Positions 45,001 to 57,360 of a stretch of DNA of 64,000 nt are shown in pieces. Position 1 is the first letter of the stretch. Each line of letters opens with the position of its first letter. Under the pieces are notes generated by a model that saw only the letters and a list, made by a program, of their open reading frames with translations, ran no database searches and was not told where the DNA came from. The translations under genes and the position numbers were made by a program. This stretch comes from Auanema rhodensis (lineage: Eukaryota > Animalia > Nematoda), in contig OZ059895.1 in assembly GCA_964057225.1 (NCBI GenBank), positions 4,464,001 to 4,528,000 on the forward strand, read 5' to 3'.

Positions 45001-48000
45001 GAATGCACTATACTTCATTGAGAAACGCTTAATACAAAAATTAGTTATGATCGTTTGAAAAATGATGCATTAGTGTATGTTGAGTTTCCATGTACACTCA
45101 ACATTGCTTCCAAAAACATTTTGACAAAAATTTTTTCGAAAAATTTCAAAATAATTTAGCAAAAAGTAGATGTTTTTAGATTCCTTTTTTCAAGGCAAAG
45201 ACGATGGACAATGTTATTCAACGAAAAAATTAATTCTTCAGGGTGAAAATCGAGGATATAAGTGTGAACTTATATCAGTTGATATCTCGGTGCATTTTCA
45301 AGCTAGCGCAAATCTGATAACACAGATCGACGCAGCTTAAAAATCCGCATCGAATGCACTATACTTCATTGAGAAACGCTTAATACAAAAATTAGTTATG
45401 ATCGTTTGAAAAATGATGCATTAGTGTATGTTGAGTTTCCATGTACACTCAACATTGCTTCCAAAAACATTTTGACAAAAATTTTTTCGAAAAATTTCAA
45501 AATAATTTAGCAAAAAGTAGATGTTTTTAGATTCCTTTTTTCAAGGCAAAGACGATGGACAATGTTATTCAACGAAAAAATTAATTCTTCAGGGTGAAAA
45601 TCGAGGATATAAGTGTGAACTTATATCAGTTGATATCTCGGTGCATTTTCAAGCTAGCGCAAATCTGATAACACAGATCGACGCAGCTTAAAAATCTGCA
45701 TCGAATGCACTATACTTCATTGAGAAACGCTTAATACAAAAATTAGTTATGATTGTTTGAAAAATGATGCATTAGTGTATGTTGAGTTTCCATGTACACT
45801 CAACATTGCTTCCAAAAACATTTTGACAAAAATTTTTTCGAAAAATTTCAAAATAATTTAGCAAAAAGTAGATGTTTTTAGATTCCTTTTTTCAAGGCAA
45901 AGATGATGGACAATGTTATTCAACGAAAAAATCAATTCTTCAGGGTGAAAATCGAGGATATAAGTGTGAACTTATATCAGTTGATATCTCGGTGCATTTT
46001 CAAGCTAGCGCAAATCTGATAACACAGATCGACGCAGCTTAAAAATCCGCATCGAATGCACTATACTTCATTGAGAAACGCTTAATACAAAAATTAGTTA
46101 TGATCGTTTGAAAAATGATGCATTAGTGTATGTTGAGTTTCCATGTACACTCAACATTGCTTCCAAAAACATTTTGACAAAAATTTTTTCGAAAAATTTC
46201 AAAATAATTTAGCAAAAAGTAGATGTTTTTAGATTCCTTTTTTCAAGGCAAAGACGATGGACAATGTTATTCAACGAAAAAATTAATTCTTCAGGGTGAA
46301 AATCGAGGATATAAGTGTGAACTTATATCAGTTGATATCTCGGTGCATTTTCAAGCTAGCGCAAATCTGATAACACAGATCGACGCAGCTTAAAAATCCG
46401 CATCGAATGCACTATACTTCATTGAGAAACGCTTAATACAAAAATTAGTTATGATCGTTTGAAAAATGATGCATTAGTGTATGTTGAGTTTCCATGTACA
46501 CTCAACATTGCTTCCAAAAACATTTTGACAAAAATTTTTTCGAAAAATTTCAAAATAATTTAGAAAAAGTAGATGTTTTTAGATTCCTTTTTTCAAGGCA
46601 AAGACGATGGACAATGTTATTCAACGAAAAAATTAATTCTTCAGGGTGAAAATCGAGGATATAAGTGTGAACTTATATCAGTTGATATCTCGGTGCATTT
46701 TTAAGCTAGCGCAAATCTGATAACACAGATCGACGCAGCTTAAAAATCCGCATCGAATGCACTATACTTCATTGAGAAACGCTTAATACAAAAATTAGTT
46801 ATGATCGTTTGAAAAATGATGCATTAGTGTATGTTGAGTTTCCATGTACACTCAACATTGCTTCCAAAAACATTTTGACAAAAATTTTTTCGAAAAATTT
46901 CAAAATAATTTAGCAAAAAGTAGATGTTTTTAGATTCCTTTTTTCAAGGCAAAGATGATGGACAATGTTATTCAACGAAAAAATCAATTCTTCAGGGTGA
47001 AAATCGAGGATATAAGTGTGAACTTATATCAGTTGATATCTCGGTGCATTTTCAAGCTAGCGCAAATCTGATAACACAGATCGACGCAGCTTAAAAATCC
47101 GCATCGAATGCACTATACTTCATTGAGAAACGCTTAATACAAAAATTAGTTATGATCGTTTGAAAAATGATGCATTAGTGTATGTTGAGTTTCCATGTAC
47201 ACTCAACATTGCTTCCAAAAACATTTTGACAAAAATTTTTTCGAAAAATTTCAAAATAATTTAGCAAAAAGTAGATGTTTTTAGATTCCTTTTTTCAAGG
47301 CAAAGGCGATGGACAATGTTATTCAACGAAAAAATTAATTCTTCAGGGTGAAAATCGAGGATATAAGTGTGAACATATATCAGTTGATATCTCGGTGCAT
47401 TTTCAAGCTAGCGCAAATCTGATAACACAGATCGACGCAGCTTAAAAATCCGCATCGAATGCACTATACTTCATTGAAAAACGCTTAATACAAAAATTAG
47501 TTATGATCGTTTGAAAAATGATGCATTAGTGTATGTTGAGTTTCCATGTACACTCAACATTGCTTCCAAAAACATTTTGACAAAAATTTTTTCGAAAAAT
47601 TTCAAGATAATTTAGCAAAAAGTAGATGTTTTTAGATTCCTTTTTTCAAGGCAAAGACGATGGACAATGTTATTCAACGAAAAAATTAATTCTTCAGGGT
47701 GAAAATCGAGGATATAAGTGTGAACTTATATCAGTTGATATCTCGGTGCATTTTCAAGCTAGCGCAAATCTGATAACACAGATCGACGCAGCTTAAAAAT
47801 CCGCATCGAATGCACTATACTTCATTGAGAAACGCTTAATACAAAAATTAGTTATGATCGTTTGAAAAATGATTTATTAGTGTATGTTGAGTTTCCATGT
47901 ACACTCAACATTGCTTCCAAAAACATTTTGACAAAAATTTTTTCGAAAAATTTCAAAATAATTTAGCAAAAAGTAGATGTTTTTAGATTCCTTTTTTCAA

Positions 48001-51000
48001 GGCAAAGGCGATGGACAATGTTATTCAACGAAAAAATTAATTCTTCAGGGTGAAAATCGAGGATATAAGTGTGAACATATATCAGTTGATATCTCGGTGC
48101 ATTTTCAAGCTAGCGCAAATCTGATAACACAGATCGACGCAGCTTAAAAATCCGCATCGAATGCACTATACTTCATTGAAAAACGCTTAATACAAAAATT
48201 AGTTATGATCGTTTGAAAAATGATGCATTAGTGTATGTTGAGTTTCCATGTACACTCAACATTGCTTCCAAAAACATTTTGACAAAAATTTTTTCGAAAA
48301 ATTTCAAGATAATTTAGCAAAAAGTAGATGTTTTTAGATTCCTTTTTTCAAGGCAAAGACGATGGACAATGTTATTCAACGAAAAAATTAATTCTTCAGG
48401 GTGAAAATCGAGGATATAAGTGTGAACTTATATCAGTTGATATCTCGGTGCATTTTCAAGCTAGCGCAAATCTGATAACACAGATCGACGCAGCTTAAAA
48501 ATCCGCATCGAATGCACTATACTTCATTGAGAAACGCTTAATACAAAAATTAGTTATGATCGTTTGAAAAATGATGCATTAGTGTATGTTGAGTTTCCAT
48601 GTACACTCAACATTGCTTCCAAAAACATTTTGACAAAAATTTTTTCGAAAAATTTCAAAATAATTTAGCGAAAAGTAGATGTTTTTAGATTCCTTTTTTC
48701 AAGGCAAAGATGATGGACATTGTTATTCAACGAAAAAATTAATTCTTCAGGGTGAAAATCGAGGATATAAGTGTGAACATATATCAGTTGATATCTCGGT
48801 GCATTTTCAAGCTAGCGCAAATCTGATAACACAGATCGACGCAGCTTAAAAATCCGCATCGAATGCACTATACTTCATTGAGAAACGCTTAATACAAAAA
48901 TTAGTTATGATCGTTTGAAAAATGATGCATTAGTGTATGTTGAGTTTCCATGTACACTCAACATTGCTTCCAAAAACATTTTGACAAAAATTTTTTCGAA
49001 AAATTTCAAAATAATTTAGCAAAAAGTAGATGTTTTTAGATTCCTTTTTTCAAGGCAAAGATGATGGACAATGTTATTCAACGAAAAAATCAATTCTTCA
49101 GGGTGAAAATCGAGGATATAAGTGTGAACTTATATCAGTTGATATCTCGGTGCATTTTCAAGCTAGCGCAAATCTGATAACACAGATCGACGCAGCTTAA
49201 AAATCCGCATCGAATGCACTATACTTCATTGAGAAACGCTTAATACAAAAATTAGTTATGATCGTTTGAAAAATGATGCATTAGTGTATGTTGAGTTTCC
49301 ATGTACACTCAACATTGCTTCCAAAAACATTTTGACAAAAATTTTTTCGAAAAATTTCAAAATAATTTAGCAAAAAGTAGATGTTTTTAGATTCCTTTTT
49401 TCAAGGCAAAGATGATGGACAATGTTATTCAACGAAAAAATCAATTCTTCAGGGTGAAAATCGAGGATATAAGTGTGAACTTATATCAGTTGATATCTCG
49501 GTGCATTTTCAAGCTAGCGCAAATCTGATAACACAGATCGACGCAGCTTAAAAATCCGCATCGAATGCACTATACTTCATTGAGAAACGCTTAATACAAA
49601 AATTAGTTATGATCGTTTGAAAAATGATGCATTAGTGTATGTTGAGTTTCCATGTACACTCAACATTGCTTCCAAAAACATTTTGACAAAAATTTTTTCG
49701 AAAAATTTCAAAATAATTTAGCAAAAAGTAGATGTTTTTAGATTCCTTTTTTCAAGGCAAAGATGATGGACAATGTTATTCAACGAAAAAATCAATTCTT
49801 CAGGGTGAAAATCGAGGATATAAGTGTGAACTTATATCAGTTGATATCTCGGTGCATTTTCAAGCTAGCGCAAATCTGATAACACAGATCGACGCAGCTT
49901 AAAAATCCGCATCGAATGCACTATACTTCATTGAGAAACGCTTAATACAAAAATTAGTTATGATCGTTTGAAAAATGATGCATTAGTGTATGTTGAGTTT
50001 CCATGTACACTCAACATTGCTTCCAAAAACATTTTGACAAAAATTTTTTCGAAAAATTTCAAAATAATTTAGCAAAAAGTAGATGTTTTTAGATTCCTTT
50101 TTTTAAGGCAAAAATGATGGACAATGTTATTCAACGAAAAAATCAATTCTTCAGGGTGAAAATCGAGGATATAAGTGTGAACTTATATCAGTTGATATCT
50201 CGGTGCATTTTCAAGCTAGCGCAAATCTGATAACACAGATCGACGCAGCTTAAAAATCCGCATCGAATGCACTATACTTCATTGAGAAACGCTTAATACA
50301 AAAATTAGTTATGATCGTTTGAAAAATGATGCATTAGTGTATGTTGAGTTTCCATGTACACTCAACATTGCTTCCAAAAACATTTTGACAAAAATTTTTT
50401 CGAAAAATTTCAAAATAATTTAGCAAAAAGTAGATGTTTTTAGATTCCTTTTTTAAGGCAAAAATGATGGACAATGTTATTAAACGAAAAAATTAATTCT
50501 TCAGGGTGAAAATCGAGGATATAAGTGTGAACTTATATCAGTTGATATCTCGGTGCATTTTCAAGCTAGCGCAAATCTGATAACACAGATCGACGCAGCT
50601 TAAAAATCCGCATCGAATGCACTATACTACATTGAGAAACGCTTAATACAAAAATTAGTTATGATCGTTTGAAAAATGATGCATTAGTGTATGTTGAGTT
50701 TCCATGTACACTCAACATTGCTTCCAAAAACATTTTGACAAAAATTTTTTCGAAAAATTTCAAAATAATTTAGCAAAAAGTAGATGTTTTTAGATTCCTT
50801 TTTTCAAGGCAAAGACGATGGACAATGTTATTCAACGAAAAAATTAATTCTTCAGGGTGAAAATCGAGGATATAAGTGTGAACTTATATCAGTTGATATC
50901 TCGGTGCATTTTCAAGCTAGCGCAAATCTGATAACACAGATCGACGCAGCTTAAAAATCCGCATCGAATGCACTATACTTCATTGAGAAACGCTTAATAC

Positions 51001-54000
51001 AAAAATTAGTTATGATCGTTTGAAAAATGATGCATTAGTGTATGTTGAGTTTCCATGTACACTCAACATTGCTTCCAAAAACATTTTGACAAAAATTTTT
51101 TCGAAAAATTTCAAAATAATTTAGCAAAAAGTAGATGTTTTTAGATTCCTTTTTTCAAGGCAAAGATGATGGACAATGTTATTCAACGAAAAAATCAATT
51201 CTTCAGGGTGAAAATCGAGGATATAAGTGTGAACTTATATCAGTTGATATCTCGGTGCATTTTCAAGCTAGCGCAAATCTGATAACACAGATCGACGCAG
51301 CTTAAAAATCCGCATCGAATGCACTATACTTCATTGAGAAACGCTTAATACAAAAATTAGTTATGATCGTTTGAAAAATGATGCATTAGTGTATGTTGAG
51401 TTTCCATGTACACTCAACATTGCTTCCAAAAACATTTTGACAAAAATTTTTTCGAAAAATTTCAAAATAATTTAGCAAAAAGTAGATGTTTTTAGATTCC
51501 TTTTTTCAAGGCAAAGACGATGGACAATGTTATTCAACGAAAAAATTAATTCTTCAGGGTGAAAATCGAGGATATAAGTGTGAACTTATATCAGTTGATA
51601 TCTCGGTGCATTTTCAAGCTAGCGCAAATCTGATAACACAGATCGACGCAGCTTAAAAATCCGCATCGAATGCACTATACTTCATTGAGAAACGCTTAAT
51701 ACAAAAATTAGTTATGATCGTTTGAAAAATGATGCATTAGTGTATGTTGAGTTTCCATGTACACTCAACATTGCTTCCAAAAACATTTTGACAAAAATTT
51801 TTTCGAAAAATTTCAAGATAATTTAGCGAAAAGTAGATGTTTTTAGATTCCTTTTTTCAAGGCAAAGATGATGGACAATGTTATTCAACGAAAAAATTAA
51901 TTCTTCACGGTGAAAATCGAGGATATAAGTGTGAACATATATCAGTTGATATCTCGGTGCATTTTCAAGCTAGCGCAAATCTGATAACACAGATCGACGC
52001 AGCTTAAAAATCCGCATCGAATGCACTATACTTCATTGAGAAACGCTTAATACAAAAATTAGTTATGATCGTTTGAAAAATGATGCATTAGTGTATGTTG
52101 AGTTTCCATGTACACTCAACATTGCTTCCAAAAACATTTTGACAAAAATTTTTTCGAAAAATTTCAAAATAATTTAGCGAAAAGTAGATGTTTTTAGATT
52201 CCTTTTTTCAAGGCAAAGATGATGGACAATGTTATTCAACGAAAAAATTAATTCTTCAGGGTGAAAATCGAGGATATAAGTGTGAACATATATCAGTTGA
52301 TATCTCGGTGCATTTTCAAGCTAGCGCAAATCTGATAACACAGATCGACGCAGCTTAAAAATCCGCATCGAATGCACTATACTTCATTGAGAAACGCTTA
52401 ATACAAAAATTAGTTATGATCGTTTGAAAAATGATTTATTAGTGTATGTTGAGTTTCCATGTACACTCAACATTGCTTCCAAAAACATTTTGACAAAAAT
52501 TTTTTCGAAAAATTTCAAAATAATTTAGCAAAAAGTAGATGTTTTTAGATTCCTTTTTTCAAGGCAAAGGCGATGGACAATGTTATTCAACGAAAAAATT
52601 AATTCTTCAGGGTGAAAATCGAGGATATAAGTGTGAACATATATCAGTTGATATCTCGGTGCATTTTCAAGCTAGCGCAAATCTGATAACACAGATCGAC
52701 GCAGCTTAAAAATCCGCATCGAATGCACTATACTTCATTGAAAAACGCTTAATACAAAAATTAGTTATGATCGTTTGAAAAATGATGCATTAGTGTATGT
52801 TGAGTTTCCATGTACACTCAACATTGCTTCCAAAAACATTTTGACAAAAATTTTTTCGAAAAATTTCAAGATAATTTAGCAAAAAATAGATGTTTTTAGA
52901 TTCCTTTTTTCAAGGCAAAGACGATGGACAATGTTATTCAACGAAAAAATTAATTCTTCAGGGTGAAAATCGAGGATATAAGTGTGAACTTATATTAGTT
53001 GATATCTCGGTGCATTTTTAAGCTAGCGCAAATCTGATAACACAGATCGACGCAGCTTAAAAATCCGCATCGAATGCACTATACTTCATTGAGAAACGCT
53101 TAATACAAAAATTAGTTATGATCGTTTGAAAAATGATGCATTAGTGTATGTTGAGTTTCCATGTACACTCAACATTGCTTCCAAAAACATTTTGACAAAA
53201 ATTTTTTCGAAAAATTTCAAAATAATTTAGCGAAAAGTAGATGTTTTTAGATTCCTTTTTTCAAGGCAAAGATGATGGACATTGTTATTCAACGAAAAAA
53301 TTAATTCTTCAGGGTGAAAATCGAGGATATAAGTGTGAACATATATCAGTTGATATCTCGGTGCATTTTCAAGCTAGCGCAAATCTGATAACACAGATCG
53401 ACGCAGCTTAAAAATCCGCATCGAATGCACTATACTTCATTGAGAAACGCTTAATACAAAAATTAGTTATGATCGTTTGAAAAATGATGCATTAGTGTAT
53501 GTTGAGTTTCCATGTACACTCAACATTGCTTCCAAAAACATTTTGACAAAAATTTTTTCGAAAAATTTCAAAATAATTTAGCAAAAAGTAGATGTTTTTA
53601 GATTCCTTTTTTCAAGGCAAAGATGATGGACAATGTTATTCAACGAAAAAATCAATTCTTCAGGGTGAAAATCGAGGATATAAGTGTGAACTTATATCAG
53701 TTGATATCTCGGTGCATTTTCAAGCTAGCGCAAATCTGATAACACAGATCGACGCAGCTTAAAAATCCGCATCGAATGCACTATACTTCATTGAGAAACG
53801 CTTAATACAAAAATTAGTTATGATCGTTTGAAAAATGATGCATTAGTGTATGTTGAGTTTCCATGTACACTCAACATTGCTTCCAAAAACATTTTGACAA
53901 AAATTTTTTCGAAAAATTTCAAAATAATTTAGCAAAAAGTAGATGTTTTTAGATTCCTTTTTTCAAGGCAAAGATGATGGACAATGTTATTCAACGAAAA

Positions 54001-56306
54001 AATCAATTCTTCAGGGTGAAAATCGAGGATATAAGTGTGAACTTATATCAGTTGATATCTCGGTGCATTTTCAAGCTAGCGCAAATCTGATAACACAGAT
54101 CGACGCAGCTTAAAAATCCGCATCGAATGCACTATACTTCATTGAGAAACGCTTAATACAAAAATTAGTTATGATCGTTTGAAAAATGATGCATTAGTGT
54201 ATGTTGAGTTTCCATGTACACTCAACATTGCTTCCAAAAACATTTTGACAAAAATTTTTTCGAAAAATTTCAAAAAAATTTAGCAAAAAGTAGATGTTTT
54301 TAGATTCCTTTTTTTAAGGCAAAAATGATGGACAATGTTATTCAACGAAAAAATCAATTCTTCAGGGTGAAAATCGAGGATATAAGTGTGAACTTATATC
54401 AGTTGATATCTCGGTGCATTTTCAAGCTAGCGCAAATCTGATAACACAGATCGACGCAGCTTAAAAATCCGCATCGAATGCACTATACTTCATTGAGAAA
54501 CGCTTAATAAAAAAATTAGTTATGATCGTTTGAAAAATGATGCATTAGTGTATGTTGAGTTTCCATGTACACTCAACATTGCTTCCAAAAACATTTTGAC
54601 AAAAATTTTTTCGAAAAATTTCAAAATAATTTAGCAAAAAGTAGATGTTTTTAGATTCCTTTTTTAAGGCAAAAATGATGGACAATGTTATTAAACGAAA
54701 AAATTAATTCTTCAGGGTGAAAATCGAGGATATAAGTGTGAACTTATATCAGTTGATATCTCGGTGCATTTTCAAGCTAGCGCAAATCTGATAACACAGA
54801 TCGACGCAGCTTAAAAATCCGCATCGAATGCACTATACTACATTGAGAAACGCTTAATACAAAAATTAGTTATGATCGTTTGAAAAATGATGCATTAGTG
54901 TATGTTGAGTTTCCATGTACACTCAACATTGCTTCCAAAAACATTTTGACAAAAATTTTTTCGAAAAATTTCAAAATAATTTAGCAAAAAGTAGATGTTT
55001 TTAGATTCCTTTTTTTAAGGCAAAAATGATGGACAATGTTATTCAACGAAAAAATCAATTCTTTAGGGTGAAAATCGAGGATATAAGTGTGAACTTATAT
55101 CAGTTGATATCTCGGTGCATTTTCAAGCTAGCGCAAATCTGATAACACAGATCGACGCAGCTTAAAAATCCGCATCGAATGCACTATACTTCATTGAGAA
55201 ACGCTTAATACAAAAATTAGTTATGATCGTTTGAAAAATGATGCATTAGTGTATGTTGAGTTTCCATGTACACTCAACATTGCTTCCAAAAACATTTTGA
55301 CAAAAATTTTTTCGAAAAATTTCAAAATAATTTAGCAAAAAGTAGATGTTTTTAGATTCCTTTTTTAAGGCAAAAATGATGGACAATGTTATTAAACGAA
55401 AAAATTAATTCTTCAGGGTGAAAATCGAGGATATAAGTGTGAACTTATATCAGTTGATATCTCGGTGCATTTTCAAGCTAGCGCAAATCTGATAACACAG
55501 ATCGACGCAGCTTAAAAATCCGCATCGAATGCACTATACTACATTGAGAAACGCTTAATACAAAAATTAGTTATGATCGTTTGAAAAATGATGCATTAGT
55601 GTATGTTGAGTTTCCATGTACACTCAACATTGCTTCCAAAAACATTTTGACAAAAATTTTTTCGAAAAATTTCAAAATAATTTAGCAAAAAGTAGATGTT
55701 TTTAGATTCCTTTTTTCAAGGCAAAGACGATGGACAATGTTATTCAACGAAAAAATTAATTCTTCAGGGTGAAAATCGAGGATATAAGTGTGAACTTATA
55801 TCAGTTGATATCTCGGTGCATTTTCAAGCTAGCGCAAATCTGATAACACAGATCGACGCAGCTTAAAAATCCGCATCGAATGCACTATACTACATTGAGA
55901 AACGCTAAATACAAAAATTAGTTATGATCGTCTGAAAAATGATGCATTAGTGTATGTTGAGTTTCCATGTACACTCAACATTGCTTCCAAAAACATTTTG
56001 ACAAAAATTTTTTCGAAAAATTTCAAAATAATTTAGCAAAAAGTAGATGTTTTTAAATTCCTTTATTCGAGGCAAAGATGATGGACAATGTTATTCAACG
56101 AAAAAACTTCAGGGTGAAAATCGAGGATATAAGTGTGAACTTATATCAGTTGATATCTCGGTGCATTTTCAAGCTAGCGCAAATCTGATAACACAGATCG
56201 ACGCAGCTTAAAAATCCGCATCGAATGCACTATACTACATTGAGAAACGCTTAATACAAAAATTAGTTATGATCGTTTGAAAAATGATGCATTAGTGTAT
56301 GTTGAG
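1..56306. repeat. Satellite DNA array: ~160 head-to-tail copies of a 351-bp AT-rich monomer, continuing off the left edge
   Basis: The monomer start AGTTGATATCTCGGTGCATT recurs at 1, 352, 703, 1054 and onward (period 351). Copies differ by a few substitutions and rare 1-bp indels. The last full copy (55803-56147) is more diverged, and the final copy is truncated at ...GTGTATGTTGAG (56306). Confidence 0.99.
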
Positions 56307-56967
56307 CGTTCCGTTATGCTCCCGCGTCGATCTTACAGACCAATGGAGTCTACAAGATGAGCGTGGTAGTATTCCAGATGTAGCGGTTAAACATGGAGCA
56401 TAAGGATAAACATAAGACTCGAGAAAGATTGGTTTATTATATCTACGTGATTACAATAAGATACATATAACTAAGTAAAGGTTAAACTAATAGAGAACAG
56501 AGAGAGAACGACCAACCATCCATGATCGTCCCTGAGGCAAAGCTGAAGTGTTGTAATATGGAAAAGGGCGGGTCGTCTTCTCTCAGTCTCGCATTCTCTG
56601 ACTCTAACCCGCCTGCTACAGCTTCGTCATATGAATGTAATGCATTGATCATCCGAATGGAACGTGCCCTTTTTCGAGTTTATGTCGCGTCCTCGCGACA
56701 ATCAAAAGTTTTGACTTGATTAACTGTAGCAGAAGGGTTAATGTGTGTATTAAAGTACATGTTACAATACAATATTTTACGTAAAATTCTTATAATATGA
56801 ACATAATACAATATAAAACATCAGTATCTGAAAAGAATTAAAAAAAATTTTTTTAACCAAATTATGAAAGTTTTAACCCTCTTTAACGAATACTAGACTA
56901 TGTTTTATTGGCGAACGTGCTTATAAAATAATAAAAAAAAAAAGTTTTTAAGCATAACGCTCCAACA
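56300..56967 (-). mobile_element. 668-bp TG...CA element with terminal inverted repeats and a 6-bp TSD; probable solo LTR (BEL/Pao-like TGTT...AACA ends)
   Basis: The left end reads TGTTGAGCGTTCCGTTATGCT. The right end reads AGCATAACGCTCCAACA (reverse complement TGTTGGAGCGTTATGCT). AGTGTA lies immediately on both sides (56294-56299, 56968-56973). The strand is tentative, based on a minus-strand AATAAA at 56433-56438. No PPT or PBS adjoins the right end. Confidence 0.7.
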
Positions 56968-56973
56968 AGTGTA
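56968..56973. repeat. Right copy of putative target-site duplication AGTGTA (left copy 56294-56299)
   Basis: An exact 6-bp direct repeat abuts both the TG and the CA terminus of the 668-bp element. Confidence 0.65.
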
Positions 56974-57222
56974 GATAAAAAATTAACTATTTTTTTGCTA
57001 GAGCTCGGTTGTTTGTTTCAATTTGTGTGAGTTTAGAAAAAAAAGAAAAGTTTTGCGTAATACCAAATAACTTCCAAATTGAGTCATTGATTACTCAAGT
57101 GAAGACTGTTGCTCAGATATTGTTGCAAACTATGTCTTTCATTTTTCATCTCATCTAGTATGGGGAAGTTAGTTGAAATTAGGAAGGTTCGAACTATATG
57201 ATAAAAGAATTATCTTCTCACA
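56970..57222 (-). repeat. Candidate (possibly truncated) 3' LTR of the gypsy element, with a weak PPT at 57223-57234
   Basis: The + strand reads TGTAGATA... at 56970 and ...TATCTTCTCACA at 57222. On the minus strand GAACACGGGAAA precedes TGTGAG. The 5' LTR is not in the window, so this cannot be confirmed. Confidence 0.3.
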
Positions 57223-57360
57223 TTTCCCGTGTTCATTATGCTCTAGTTTACTTTTTTGACTTAAGAGTGACTTGTTTTAGAGGAGTCGTTACAAAATTTG
57301 TGTTCTAGTATTACTTTAAAGAAAGTTATTACAAAACAATTTACAATAAAATCTCATGAG

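Noticed and set aside
1-56306. CRISPR array, or tandem 5S rRNA/SL RNA/tRNA/histone gene cluster
   Set aside because: There are no unique spacers. I found no 5S, SL1 leader, tRNA or coding signature in the monomer, and no telomeric repeat.
56324-56333. GCGTCGATCT, the reverse complement of satellite AGATCGACGC, near the junction
   Set aside because: A single 10-bp match between a 351-bp and a 668-bp sequence is compatible with chance.
56522-56719. 65-aa ORF in the LTR-like element
   Set aside because: Short, with no recognisable motif, and within a presumed non-coding LTR.
56300-56967. Calling the 668-bp element the gypsy 3' LTR
   Set aside because: No PPT at its inner end and a 6-bp duplication on both sides; kept only as an alternative to test against the 5' LTR.
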